Of a DNA stretch of 62,533 nucleotides, positions 1 through 11,300 are shown piece by piece (the first letter of the stretch is position 1; every line of letters starts with the position of its first letter). The stretch is from the IMG/VR virus record IMGVR_UViG_3300031963_000146, positions 1 through 62,533 of that record; one strand, given 5' to 3'. The notes beneath the pieces are model-generated. The model ran no database searches. It was not told the origin of the DNA and saw only the letters and a program-made list of their open reading frames with translations. The DNA comes from a virus. Lineage: Duplodnaviria > Caudoviricetes. The position numbers were made by a program, and so were the translations under genes.

Positions 1-2
1 AA

Positions 3-980
3 CCAAAATCACAATACACTGGTTCTATTCCTGTTGCCCAAAATGGTTTATTTGGAGGCGCTACAGGAGATGTAATTGGTGGAGCAAATTTATACGAAAA
101 TATTACAGCAGGTAATACACAAGGTGTTAGCCCATCAGATTACGATGATGCAATTACAATCCTAAAAAATAGAGATGCATACCAATTTAATGTATTATTT
201 ACTCCTGGTTTAACGAATGATTTACATACATCACAAATTTCAGAAATTATTCAAAACACACAAGATAGAGGAGATAATTTATTTGTGATGGATTTAGTTA
301 CATATGGAGAAGGAGTACAAAGTGTAATTGGACAAGCAAATTCAAGAGATACTTCATATGCTGCTTCATATTATCCATGGGTTAGAGTACAAGACCCAGC
401 TACAGGAAGACAAATTTGGGCCCCTGCCTCAACAGTAATTCCAGGTGTATATGCATTTAACGATAAAGTAGCTGCTCCTTGGTTTGCTCCAGCAGGTATT
501 AACAGAGGTGGATTAAACACAGTAATTCGCGCTCAATATAAATTGACTCAAGCAAATAAAGACGATTTATATGAATCTAATGTTAACCCATTAGCATCAC
601 TACCAAAAGAAGGAGTAGTTGTATTTGGACAAAAAACATTACAAAAAGAAGCATCTGCTTTAGATAGAGTAAATGTAAGACGTTTGATGATTGAATTGAA
701 AAATTACATTCGCCAAATCGCTGACACTGTAGTATTTGAACAAAATACAGCGGCTACAAGAAATTCATTTATCGCTAAAGTAACACCATATTTACAAATC
801 ATCCAACAAAAACAAGGTTTGTATGCATTTAAAGTAATAATGGATGATACAAACAATGGACCAGATGTAATAGATAGAAACCAATTAATCGGACAGATTT
901 ATGTACAACCAACACGTACAGCTGAATTTATATCTTTAGATTTTATCTTGTTACCAACTGGAGCACAATTCCCAGTTTAA
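3..980 (+). CDS. Contractile tail sheath protein (T4 gp18-like), 5'-truncated by window edge
   Basis: Frame is open from position 3. Sheath C-terminal motifs YYPW, WFAPAG..RG, FGQKTLQ, DRVNVRRL, FEQN and PTRTAEFI are present; the tail tube gene follows. Confidence 0.95.
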   Translation, partial: PKSQYTGSIPVAQNGLFGGATGDVIGGANLYENITAGNTQGVSPSDYDDAITILKNRDAYQFNVLFTPGLTNDLHTSQISEIIQNTQDRGDNLFVMDLVTYGEGVQSVIGQANSRDTSYAASYYPWVRVQDPATGRQIWAPASTVIPGVYAFNDKVAAPWFAPAGINRGGLNTVIRAQYKLTQANKDDLYESNVNPLASLPKEGVVVFGQKTLQKEASALDRVNVRRLMIELKNYIRQIADTVVFEQNTAATRNSFIAKVTPYLQIIQQKQGLYAFKVIMDDTNNGPDVIDRNQLIGQIYVQPTRTAEFISLDFILLPTGAQFPV

Positions 981-995
981 AAAATTGAGAATATA

Positions 996-1004
996 ATATT
1001 TATA
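996..1004 (+). promoter_or_regulatory. Putative late promoter motif ATATTTATA (representative copy)
   Basis: ATAT(T/G)TATA recurs just upstream of structural and lysis genes: 996, 1989, 3048, 5667, 22972, 24860 (ATACGTATA) and others. Confidence 0.65.
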
Positions 1005-1029
1005 ATAAAACAAATTAATATAACGTAAA

Positions 1030-1518
1030 ATGGCAATTTTAAATCCTAACGAAATTTTTTACACAGCGTTTGAACCTAGACTAACAAACCGTTTTATCCT
1101 TTATATGGATGGTATCCCATCATATTTGGTAAAAGGAATGTCTGCAATTTCATTGTCTCAAACAGCAGTTGCTCTTAACCACATTAACGTTCAACGTTAT
1201 GTAAAAGGAAAAACCATTTGGAATACAGTTACTTTTACACTTTATGAAGCAATCACTCCTGCAGGTTCACAAACAGTAATGGAATGGGTTCGTTTAGGAC
1301 ATGAATCAGTAACAGGTAGAGATGGTTACTCTGATTTCTATAAAAAAGACATTACATTCAATGGTTTAGGTCCAGTAGGTGATATTGTTAATGAATGGGT
1401 AATTAAAGGAGCTGTTATTACAAGCGTTAACTTTGGAGACTATAACTGGGATGATGATGGAACAGCCGTAAACATTACAGTTGAAGTCCAACCAAATTAC
1501 TGTATCTTGAACTACTAA
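1030..1518 (+). CDS. Tail tube protein (T4 gp19-like)
   Basis: 162 aa directly after the sheath; FEPRLTNRF, VMEW, YKKDIT and EWVIKGA pattern typical of gp19-like tubes. Confidence 0.9.
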   Translation: MAILNPNEIFYTAFEPRLTNRFILYMDGIPSYLVKGMSAISLSQTAVALNHINVQRYVKGKTIWNTVTFTLYEAITPAGSQTVMEWVRLGHESVTGRDGYSDFYKKDITFNGLGPVGDIVNEWVIKGAVITSVNFGDYNWDDDGTAVNITVEVQPNYCILNY

Positions 1519-1545
1519 TTAAAAAACACAATCCGACGTATATTT

Positions 1546-1577
1546 AAGCCTCAACTTTTGTTGGGGCTTTTATTTTT
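1546..1577 (+). terminator. Rho-independent terminator
   Basis: AAGCCTCAAC-TTTT-GTTGGGGCTT hairpin followed by a T-rich tract. Confidence 0.8.
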
Positions 1578-1615
1578 CCTTGGATATTCCAATATTTATT
1601 AGTATAATATTGACC

Positions 1616-1987
1616 ATGAAATTAAATAATTTACGTACTCTAGTTAAAGAAGAACTTAAACGCAAGTTAAACGAGGAATACCAAGACAAATACAAAATGG
1701 TAGGAACATTAGTTTCAAATATCGAATCTAGACCCCAAAAAGAAATTTATTCAGATATTCGCTCAATTACAGGAATTTCTGTTTTATCTTCAAAAGAACC
1801 ACTTGAATACAGCGAACAAGACACTACAAGATTCCAATCAGTAATTACAATAAAAGTTGATGGTTATCCTTGGATTACAAAAGGAGGATTTGACAGAACA
1901 AAAATGCAAGAAATAGCAGCCCAAGTTAGAAAAGTACCAGGAGTAGTATCTTTTAATGTAGCAGAGGATAATATTTCTGCTCTTTAA
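1616..1987 (+). CDS. Hypothetical protein, probable virion/late protein (MKLxxLxxLVKEEL N-terminus)
   Basis: ATG at 1616 preferred to TTG at 1580; preceded by ATATTTATT. Confidence 0.7.
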   Translation: MKLNNLRTLVKEELKRKLNEEYQDKYKMVGTLVSNIESRPQKEIYSDIRSITGISVLSSKEPLEYSEQDTTRFQSVITIKVDGYPWITKGGFDRTKMQEIAAQVRKVPGVVSFNVAEDNISAL

Positions 1988-2029
1988 TATATGTATATAA
2001 GACAAATAAAGTTATAATAAATAAAAATT

Positions 2030-2761
2030 ATGGAAGAAAATTTTAAGTTACCAACGGAAACCATTGAACTACCCTCAAAAGGTTTATTGTACTCTGAAGA
2101 ATCTGAATTAGCTAAAGGTACAATTGAAATGAAATACATGACCGCTAAGGAAGAAGATATCCTTACAAACCAATCATATATTAAAAACGGTACTGTATTA
2201 GATAAACTTTTAAAATCCTTAATTGTTTCCCCTATCAATTACGATGATCTTTTAATTGGAGATAAAAATGCAATTATGGTTGCAGCCCGTATTTTAGGAT
2301 ACGGCTCAGAATATTCATTTGACTATTTAGGTGAACCGCATACAGTTGATTTATCCCAAGTAGAAAATAAAGAATTAAAAGAGGAATTATTTAAAAACCG
2401 TGTAAACGAATTCACATTCCAGCTTCCAAAATCAAAAAATACAGTTACTTTTAAACTTTTAACCCATAAAGACGAACAAAACATAAATCGTGAGTTAGAA
2501 GGACTTAAAAAAATCAACAAAGATGCTTCCCCTGAACTTTCTACTCGCTTAAAATACCTTATTACTTCAGTGGAGGGAAGCAGAGAAACTAAAGATATTC
2601 GAGAGTTTGTTGATAATTACCTCCTAGCCCAAGATTCCAGAGCTCTAAGAGAATACATTAGAGAAGTTCAACCAGATGTTGATCTAACTTTTTTTCCCGA
2701 CGGGAGTTCAAATCGAATCAGTATCCCAGTTGGGGTTAACTTTTTTTGGCCTGACATTTGA
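2030..2761 (+). CDS. Tail assembly chaperone / baseplate hub assembly protein (T4 gp26-like)
   Basis: IELPSKG, MTAKEEDIL, LLIGD..AIMVAAR and C-terminal FFWP; lies between tube and tape measure. Confidence 0.8.
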   Translation: MEENFKLPTETIELPSKGLLYSEESELAKGTIEMKYMTAKEEDILTNQSYIKNGTVLDKLLKSLIVSPINYDDLLIGDKNAIMVAARILGYGSEYSFDYLGEPHTVDLSQVENKELKEELFKNRVNEFTFQLPKSKNTVTFKLLTHKDEQNINRELEGLKKINKDASPELSTRLKYLITSVEGSRETKDIREFVDNYLLAQDSRALREYIREVQPDVDLTFFPDGSSNRISIPVGVNFFWPDI

Positions 2762-3032
2762 TACAGCCACTGAAACAAGAGCAGCTATATTTAAACAAAT
2801 ACATCAAATTGTTTTTCATGGTAAAGGAGGATATGATTGGCATACTGTTTACAATATGCCAATCTGGCTTCGACGTTTTACTTTTATTGAAATTCAAAAA
2901 TTCTATCAAGAAGAAAAAGATGCAGTCGAAAACCAAGGAAAATCAGGCTCTAAAACTGTAGTTGGAGCTGATGGAAAAATTAAAGCCCCAGAATATCTTT
3001 CCCAAGCTAAAAAACCAGCAAAATACAGTTAA
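2730..3032 (+). CDS. Second tail chaperone segment (gp51/gpT-like), probably expressed by frameshift from the upstream ORF
   Basis: No ATG near the 5' end; overlaps the upstream ORF across a T7 run at 2741-2747; YDWHTVYNMPIWLRRF resembles chaperone extension domains. Confidence 0.7.
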   Translation: MGLTFFGLTFDTATETRAAIFKQIHQIVFHGKGGYDWHTVYNMPIWLRRFTFIEIQKFYQEEKDAVENQGKSGSKTVVGADGKIKAPEYLSQAKKPAKYS

Positions 3033-3069
3033 AAACATCAAATTTTCATATTTATAACAAAATATTTAG

Positions 3070-5667
3070 ATGGCTGAACAAGATCCTAAAGAAATAGAAA
3101 AACAGTTTAAACGCTTACAAACCTTAGCAGCTACATTAAGAAAAGATTTATCTTCATTTAATCTTTCAGCTTTAAGGAATGATTCTGCTCTTATAGGGGA
3201 ATTACTTGAAAAGTGGGAACAAGAACTCCGTGACTCAACAGCAAGTTTAGATTCATTGTCTTCTTCATTCCAGGATATTGTTAGAGATATTTCTAAAGGT
3301 AATAAAGGTTTAAATGATACTAAAAATTCATTTAATAAACTTACCAGTTTAGCCCAAGATTTACAAGCCCATCAAAGAGGCATTAATCAGTTATCTAAAA
3401 AACAATTAGAATCTATTGGAAAACAAGCTGAAAAAGAAAAATTAAAACTTGAAATAGCCTATAATACTTTAGAACAAGAAAAACAAGCTATAATAGCAGC
3501 TAGGAAAAGAGGACAATTTAACCCCAAACAATTAGAACAACTTAAAAAGATCAAATCATCTCAAGAAGAGATTAAAGGAACAATAACTGGACAAAACTCA
3601 GCATTTGAAGATTTACTCACAAATGCTAATAATTTTCTTGAAATTGAAAATCAAATAGATAAACAAACTGGTATTTTAGGTGGTTTATTTAGTGGATTAG
3701 GAAAAGCATTTCCTGACATGGCTGATAAATTAGGTTTAGATAAAGTTCAAGCCAAGATGAGAGAAATGGCTGAAGAAAATATCAAAAACCAACAAAAAGA
3801 AAGAGATTTAACAGCTGAAATAAACGAAAAAAGGGGAAATCTTAGTGATAAACAAATTAAAGCTGGTTTTGGTGGTAAAGAATTAAAAGATCTTTTTGCC
3901 CAAAAAGAAGCTCTTTCTGCTTCTAATGTTGCCGCTTCCGGCCTCTCAGGCAAATTTAAAATGTTAGGGGGTGCTGCTAAAGTGTTTGGCACAGAACTTA
4001 AAGCAGCTTTAGGCCCTATAGCACTTATAGAATTTGCCATCACAGAATTAATAGCAGCACTTAAAATAGTTGACTCAGGAGCAGGAGACATGGCTAAGTC
4101 CATGAATATGACCTACGGGGAAGCTTTAGCTACCCGTAGAGAATTTGGAAATATAGCAGCTTTATCAGGTGATGCTGCTGTTACTACTAAGGGATTACAA
4201 GAAACATACATGGCTATTGGTCAATCTTTAGGTTCCAATGCTAAACTAAATGAAAAAGATCTAATTACTGCTACAAAGTTACGTGAACAAGCAGGTTATA
4301 CTAATGATCAATTAGTAGAGTTAAATAAACTTTCCTCAATAAATGGTAAATCTTTAGAACAAAATACAAAAGAAATACTTGGAGGAGCCAAAGCATATGC
4401 CTCTCGTAAAGGTTTAGTTATTAATGAAAAGCAAGTATTAGACGATGTAGTTAAATCATCAGCCTCTTTAAAATTATCTTTAGGTGGAAGCGCAGATGCA
4501 CTCGCTAAATCAGCTGTTCAAGCGCGTGCAGTTGGTTTAAACCTTGAACAAGCAGCAGCTATTGCAGATAGTTTACTTCAATTTGAATCTTCCATTGAAA
4601 ATGAGCTAAGTGCAGAACTTTTAACCGGAAAAGATTTAAATTTTGAAAAAGCAAGAACATTAGCTTTAAACAATGATATAGCAGGTGCTGCAGAAGAAAT
4701 AGCAAACCAAGTTGGCTCCTCAGCTGACTTTGCTAAAATGAATGCTATTCAACAAGAGGCAATTGCAAAAGCCGCAGGTTTAACCAAAGACCAATTAGCT
4801 CAGTCCTTAATGGATAGAGAAGCATTACAAAAACTTTCAAGTGTTGAAGGTAAAGATGCTAAAGAAAAATTCGATAATTTAGTTAAACAAGTAGGGATGG
4901 AAGAAGCTAAAAAACGTTTAGGAAACGAACAATTAGCTAATCAATTCCAACAACAATCTGTTCAAGAACGTTTTAACCAATCAGTAGAAAAATTAAAAGA
5001 ATTATTTATTCAAGTAGCTGAACCAATCTTAGCAATTGTTTCTCCATTAATGAATCTTATTTCAACAATTTTACCAGCTATTAACTTTTTATTACAACCT
5101 TTAATTGTAGGATTTCAAACTATAGCAGGATGGGTTACATCATTGATAGATGGGCTTAAAAAAGGACAACCTTTAGCAATAGCTCTAGCTGGAGCTATTG
5201 GATTAATAGCTCTTCCCGCAATAACCTCAGCAATTGGTGCTATATTTTCTACATTTGCTCAAATTCCATTTGGGATAGGTATCCCTTTAGCTATAGCATC
5301 AGTTGTAGGGTTAATGAGTATGTTAACTCAAGGGCAATCTAAAGCTAAGCAAGGAAATGATATCATGTCCCCTGGAACTGGGGGTAGTGGTTACGGTTCT
5401 CGAACATTGTTTGGACCAGAAGGAGCAATTCAATTAAATAACAAAGACACAGTAATAGCAGGAACGAATTTATTTGATAAAGCAGATGATATGATGTCTG
5501 CCCCAAAAGGTGCTTTACAAGTAAGTAACAAAACTACTCCTCCTCCTCCTGCACCGGATTCAAACGCTTTATTGGTAGCTGAAATGAAACGTGGAAATGA
5601 TCAAAGAGCAGAACAAATCAAACTCCAAAAACGAGATACATCTGTATCAACAATTCGAGTTCAATAA
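3070..5667 (+). CDS. Tail tape measure protein
   Basis: 865 aa, Ala/Leu/Gln-rich helical and coiled-coil composition with late hydrophobic Gly/Ala segments; canonical position after the chaperones. Confidence 0.88.
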   Translation: MAEQDPKEIEKQFKRLQTLAATLRKDLSSFNLSALRNDSALIGELLEKWEQELRDSTASLDSLSSSFQDIVRDISKGNKGLNDTKNSFNKLTSLAQDLQAHQRGINQLSKKQLESIGKQAEKEKLKLEIAYNTLEQEKQAIIAARKRGQFNPKQLEQLKKIKSSQEEIKGTITGQNSAFEDLLTNANNFLEIENQIDKQTGILGGLFSGLGKAFPDMADKLGLDKVQAKMREMAEENIKNQQKERDLTAEINEKRGNLSDKQIKAGFGGKELKDLFAQKEALSASNVAASGLSGKFKMLGGAAKVFGTELKAALGPIALIEFAITELIAALKIVDSGAGDMAKSMNMTYGEALATRREFGNIAALSGDAAVTTKGLQETYMAIGQSLGSNAKLNEKDLITATKLREQAGYTNDQLVELNKLSSINGKSLEQNTKEILGGAKAYASRKGLVINEKQVLDDVVKSSASLKLSLGGSADALAKSAVQARAVGLNLEQAAAIADSLLQFESSIENELSAELLTGKDLNFEKARTLALNNDIAGAAEEIANQVGSSADFAKMNAIQQEAIAKAAGLTKDQLAQSLMDREALQKLSSVEGKDAKEKFDNLVKQVGMEEAKKRLGNEQLANQFQQQSVQERFNQSVEKLKELFIQVAEPILAIVSPLMNLISTILPAINFLLQPLIVGFQTIAGWVTSLIDGLKKGQPLAIALAGAIGLIALPAITSAIGAIFSTFAQIPFGIGIPLAIASVVGLMSMLTQGQSKAKQGNDIMSPGTGGSGYGSRTLFGPEGAIQLNNKDTVIAGTNLFDKADDMMSAPKGALQVSNKTTPPPPAPDSNALLVAEMKRGNDQRAEQIKLQKRDTSVSTIRVQ

Positions 5668-5687
5668 TATTTATAATAAAACAAATA

Positions 5688-5903
5688 ATGGGACTATTAG
5701 ACAAATTAACAACAGAGGGATCCAATTTGAGCCAATTTGATGGTTCAACCCCACCAGTAACTAATCAGGATACAGCAGAATCAAAACTACATTATTCTTA
5801 TTCAATTAATGGTAATCCAAACCTACCAGGTTTTCCAACACCATCACAATTAGATTTGAATGGTGTAACCCCACCAAAGTATTCAGATAATTTACCAGGA
5901 TAA
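5688..5903 (+). CDS. Small hypothetical structural protein
   Basis: 71 aa ORF in the tail operon, preceded by the late motif at 5667. Confidence 0.7.
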   Translation: MGLLDKLTTEGSNLSQFDGSTPPVTNQDTAESKLHYSYSINGNPNLPGFPTPSQLDLNGVTPPKYSDNLPG

Positions 5904-5910
5904 AATATAA

Positions 5911-7980
5911 ATGGGTCTTTTAATCAAATTAAAGAATGGGGACACCTCACTTAAATCCCTTAAATTTGGTCATGATAGACCAGGTGGGGGAGATAGTGGG
6001 CAACCTTATATTCAAAATCCAATTGATAAGCCCGATACCCCAACATTAAATAGTGATTTTTTATTACGTGGAGGTATATCAGCACCTTTAAATGCTGCTG
6101 AGGATATAACTCGTCTAACAAAATATTTTTTTGACTTTAAAAACCCAAAAGGACTTTTATTCACAGCAAAACAGAATTTACTTTCTCGAACAGGAACAAA
6201 AACAGAAGCTTCAAAAGGAACCGGTTACGGCGGTGGAAATGTAAATGAAGGTATTTATACTCCTTTATCTACACTACTTCAAGCTAATGAAGGATATTTA
6301 GGTGGACATTTAAATAAACAAGGTTTAGATCCAACAGGAGCCTTCCCTAATTTATCTATCAATAAATATCAAGACATAATTAAACAAAACCAATTAGTTG
6401 GAGAGTTTGATAAAGAAAGTAATAGATTAACAGCATTAACTAATGCTGTATTGCAAAAGAAAAGTATAAGTAATTTTGGGTTTGTAAAAAATTATAACCT
6501 AAACGTCAATAATAATATTATAACGTACAGTGGTGGATCAGATTCAACAGTTGGTGTTGGTAATACTAATATAAAATTTGCAACAAACAATGCTGGATTT
6601 AAAATAGATTCAATTACTCCAAAATCAAAAAATTATTTAATTGGAAAACCCATTGATCAAATAGATGAAACTCAATGGAAAATTCCAATAAATGCTACAT
6701 TAGCTTTTAATTCTTCCTCAACAGCAGATTTTATCCAAATAGAATCAACCCAACAAAACCCAACATACTTAACTCCCGGTGTTATTTCCTATCAATACAA
6801 TTTTAACCCTAGTGTTTATGATCCTGGAACTTTAAACCCTAAAAATGGATTAGATGAGTATTTAACTCGAAAAGACACAGAAATAAACCCAGTAACTAGA
6901 AATAAGGATGAGGCTGAAACTGCATATTTTTCTCCAATTAATGAAAAACTAACAGAATATGGAAGACAATATGTTCAAGAATCTTCATATCAAATCGATT
7001 CTGGATATTTTGAAGCAACTAATTATAACAGTAATACACCTTTAGGAAGATACTCATCTAAACAAACATTACTTGCTGACCCTCGATTGACAGGCTCCCA
7101 AGCTGACCCATCTAGTGATATAGAAAAACCGAAAATTCTTAACGCTGGTGCTCAAGGTTATTTAGCAAATTTAAATAAAAATGCAGGTCCTTATTTAGAT
7201 GATAATGGCAACACAATAAATAAAGGGTACAATCCTGATAGAGTTGGAGGTAGAGGAATAGCAAATGATTTTAGACAAGTTAATAGGGATGTAAGAGGTT
7301 TTTTTGATCCTCCATCTTCATATGATTATATTACTAAAGAATCTGGGAGTGATTATAGTGAAAATGGCCCTTTACCTACTCTTGATAGAATATATTATAA
7401 AGCAGGAGCATTTAAAAGAACATCAACAGCTTTAAATTCCCCTGATGCTGCAACAGATATCATTCCTTTTAGAATTACCATAGTAGACCCTAGAAACCCC
7501 AAAAATAAATCAACAGAATTAAATTTTAGAGCTTACATTGATTCATTTTCAGATACCTACAACAATGAATGGAAATCTCAAACATATATAGGTCGAGCAG
7601 AAAAACAATACAAATATAATTCATTTGATAGAAGTATTTCTTTTGGATTTACTATTGTAGCTGATAACTCAGCTAATTTATCTAAAATGTATGAACAATT
7701 AAATACATTAGCAGCATCAATTGCCCCAACGTATACAAGTCAAGGTTATATGACTGGAAATTTACACCGTTTAACTTTAGGAAATTATTTATCTGAACAA
7801 TGGGGTATAATGAATGGTGGATTTACATATGAAATAACAGATGAAACCCCTTGGCAGATTTCAGAAGGAAATCAACTTCCCTTGTATATTAAAGTAACAG
7901 GTATTAACTTTACAGTAATCCATAATTTTAGACCAGAATCTCAATTTAATACAACCCATCAATTCATTAACCAAAAATAA
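5911..7980 (+). CDS. Baseplate/tail-tube initiator-like protein
   Basis: C-terminal FRAYIDSFSD..W....YIGRAE..Y.Y.SFDRSISFGF resembles tube-fold baseplate proteins; tail module context. Confidence 0.65.
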   Translation: MGLLIKLKNGDTSLKSLKFGHDRPGGGDSGQPYIQNPIDKPDTPTLNSDFLLRGGISAPLNAAEDITRLTKYFFDFKNPKGLLFTAKQNLLSRTGTKTEASKGTGYGGGNVNEGIYTPLSTLLQANEGYLGGHLNKQGLDPTGAFPNLSINKYQDIIKQNQLVGEFDKESNRLTALTNAVLQKKSISNFGFVKNYNLNVNNNIITYSGGSDSTVGVGNTNIKFATNNAGFKIDSITPKSKNYLIGKPIDQIDETQWKIPINATLAFNSSSTADFIQIESTQQNPTYLTPGVISYQYNFNPSVYDPGTLNPKNGLDEYLTRKDTEINPVTRNKDEAETAYFSPINEKLTEYGRQYVQESSYQIDSGYFEATNYNSNTPLGRYSSKQTLLADPRLTGSQADPSSDIEKPKILNAGAQGYLANLNKNAGPYLDDNGNTINKGYNPDRVGGRGIANDFRQVNRDVRGFFDPPSSYDYITKESGSDYSENGPLPTLDRIYYKAGAFKRTSTALNSPDAATDIIPFRITIVDPRNPKNKSTELNFRAYIDSFSDTYNNEWKSQTYIGRAEKQYKYNSFDRSISFGFTIVADNSANLSKMYEQLNTLAASIAPTYTSQGYMTGNLHRLTLGNYLSEQWGIMNGGFTYEITDETPWQISEGNQLPLYIKVTGINFTVIHNFRPESQFNTTHQFINQK

Positions 7981-7983
7981 TTT

Positions 7984-8295
7984 ATGGCACGTTATTCAGC
8001 TATACCAATAATACAAACACCTGAAAATCTTAAAAGAAGGTATATTAATGTGAAATATCCCGAAATTCCCCGTGATTTTTCAGATATTTATGTGTATACT
8101 ACAAGAGGTGATAGATATGATTTGTTAGCTTTATCATATTATAATAACGCTTCTTTATGGTGGATAATAGCTCAAGCAAATATAAATAACACAACCCCTG
8201 ATTCTTTATTCCCAAATGTTGGAGAACAAATTAGAATCCCAGGATCATCAAGAGTATCCACTATATTAGGTGAATATGAGACTTTAAATACGTAA
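7984..8295 (+). CDS. LysM/tail-X-like baseplate wedge protein (gp53-like)
   Basis: TTRGDRYDLLALSYY..SLWWIIAQAN...GEQIRIP LysM-like motif. Confidence 0.85.
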   Translation: MARYSAIPIIQTPENLKRRYINVKYPEIPRDFSDIYVYTTRGDRYDLLALSYYNNASLWWIIAQANINNTTPDSLFPNVGEQIRIPGSSRVSTILGEYETLNT

Positions 8296-8301
8296 AATGT
8301 T

Positions 8302-11300
8302 ATGGCAAATATTATTGGAGAACCATTAGCTTCATATGTTTATAATCAAATAAAAACCAGACAGAAAATCCACGGCTCTGGAACACCTAATAACCCTCGT
8401 ACACCAGAATACATATCATATCTAAATTCAAAAACAGCATGGGTTAAAATGGCATCTGGTGTTTTAGTTACAAAAGATCGCTTATTAAGTGAAACTGACT
8501 CAGCTGGAAAATCTATTAGTTATTCAGGATATGAATGGGATGGATTAGCTAAAAATTTTATTTTATTTAGTGGAGTTTCTCATCTTATTGATGGAAAACT
8601 TACTCCTAGAGGAACGTATGAAGGTGCTAATAACATATACGATTGGGATAAAGGAACATATAATATTAATCCATTTACTACATCAAACGATGTAACTGGA
8701 GAATTTGGTTTAGCTCCGATGCCTGGAATCGAAAGTGTTGATGTTAAATGCTTAAATAGAGGTTCCACCAAAAATGTCTCAGTTAAAGTAAAATGTTATA
8801 CCCCCGAACAATTTAAAATTATAGATTTACTTTATTTAAGAATAGGATATACTATGTTTATAGAGTGGGGATGGGCTCCATATATGGAAGATAGTGAAAC
8901 TCTTGTTCATGATTATTCTACTTTAATTGAACAAAGTGAAAATCAAGGATTTCTCCATCATTCTTATTGGAAAAACAAATCTTATATTGATTTTTCTAAA
9001 AGAATTGAAAAAGTTAGAGCAAAACATAGAGGAAATTATGATGGTCTTTTATGTAAAGTAACTAATTTTAGTTGGACTTTTACTCAAGATGGATCATACG
9101 ATATTGATATTCAACTTATAAGTTTAGGGGATGTTGTTGAATCACTTAAAACTAACATTACCCCATCATATAAAACTTCTAAAGATATTACCACAGCGTA
9201 TAAATTATTTAATGATGATTATAGTCAAGAAGAATCTCAAGATTCTCCTCCTTCCCCAGTAAACAATATTATTTCAGCATATTTTTTCCTCCAAAAATTA
9301 ATCACATACCAAAATGGCCAAGACGGGAATAATAAATATTGGATAGAAAGACAAATTCCTATTAAAGTAAATGGAGAATCTCTTGATTTATGTAGTATTT
9401 TTGTAAAAGATCCAAATTCTAAACTAGAACCATTTTCTCAAATAGAATATGTAGAATTTGATGATGATGGAGGCACTGATTTTACCCAATGGTTAAAAGA
9501 AAATTATTCAAATGCTACAAGAGTAACTAATCTGGATACAGCAACTTCCCCTGGAACATATTACACAGTTAATGATGAAAGTAGTATTACTGTTAAAAGT
9601 ATTATTGATTTAAATTCACTTGATACCCAAAACCAACAAAAATCAGATATAGTATATTTTAATTATAACAATCAAGAAGATGATGAAGATAAAGTGAATG
9701 ATGAGGGTTTTTATATTCGATTCGGGCATTTACTTGATTTTCTTAAAGAACGTGTTATACCTAGAATTGACGGAACATCTCACCCAATGGGAGAAGCTCC
9801 TATTTTAGATATAGACTCTGGACAATGGAGTAATAAAATGTATACTTTTCCTTATCAAGTATCTTTAGATCCTAGAGTTTGTATAGTACATACAAAAGAA
9901 AAAGTTAATTCAAAGGAATATTATACTTCATTACCTGTTTGGAAAAATGAAAAAAAAGGATATGCTTATCCTATGAACATATATTTAAGTTTTAATAAAA
10001 TAAATGACATTATTTCTTCTAATTTAGATGACAAAGGTAATTTAGCTTTATTTGATTTTTTATCTTCTATATGTACTGAAATAAATAAAGCTTTAGGAGG
10101 ATTAAACAATTTAGAACCTATAATAGATGAAGTCACTAATACTTTAAAAATCATAGATGGAAGTTACTCCCCTAAATTTAACAAACCAGAATATGCTTTA
10201 GAATTATTTGGATATAATTCCAACAATCCCGTCCAAGCTAATACAACAGTTTCTAATTTTGTTAGAGATTTTAGTATTAAAACTGAAATTACAAATGACT
10301 TCGCTACAATGGCAACAGTCGGTTCAACAGCTGGAGGATATGTTAAAGGAACAGAAAATACAATGTTTTCTAAATGGAATAAAGGTTTAATAGATAGATT
10401 CAAACAAGAACTCATCCCAGCTGATAAAAACTCTAGAAAAAAAGAAGGAGAAACACCTGAACCAAACGTAATGTATGTTGAAGAGTTTTGGAATAAAAAA
10501 TATAGTGCTTTTGGTTTAACAATCCCAATTGATATCCCTAATGATATTTGGACAGGAGACCAACCCTCACTTTTACCAGAAATGATAGACCGTAATATTT
10601 CAGTTGTTACAGAATTTTACAAATATTGCCAATCTGAAATCCAAAAGAAAAAAGAAAAATACGCTTCTCCTTCAAATGGATTTGTCCCAATAAGTTTAAA
10701 TTTAACAATAGATGGCTTATCAGGAATCAAAATATATAATGCTTTAAATGTTGTTACTCGTGTACTTCCTTCAAATTACCCGAATGCGTTAAAATTTATT
10801 GTTAAAGGTGTTAACCATAAAATAAGTGATAATGATTGGGAAACAACAATTGAAACTGTAGTTATATCTCAAAATGAAGATAATAAAAAAGAAATCTTAT
10901 CTTACCAAGAAATATATGATATTGTAAAAAACATTATAGGAAATGGTACAAGAGAATCAGCAGCTCAAAATAATAATTCTCAAAATAACAGTGCTCCCCA
11001 AAATAATAATATACCTCGAAATAACTTAAAAAGCAAAAACCCTTCAGGATATGGAGATACAGTAGGTGCTTGTGGTACTCCTGAAAAATATAATATATCT
11101 AACATAAAATATAATGATAAAGTAAATCCTATTCAAGCTAAAAAATTATTAGATAGAATACTTAATAAAGTAGTTAAAGACATTGAAGGTGGATCCCATT
11201 CTATATGTGCTGCATATGTAAAACGCATAGCTAAAAAATATTTTGAATATTATAACAAACCCGAAGTAAATATCTCAAACATCCCATCCTGGAAACAATC

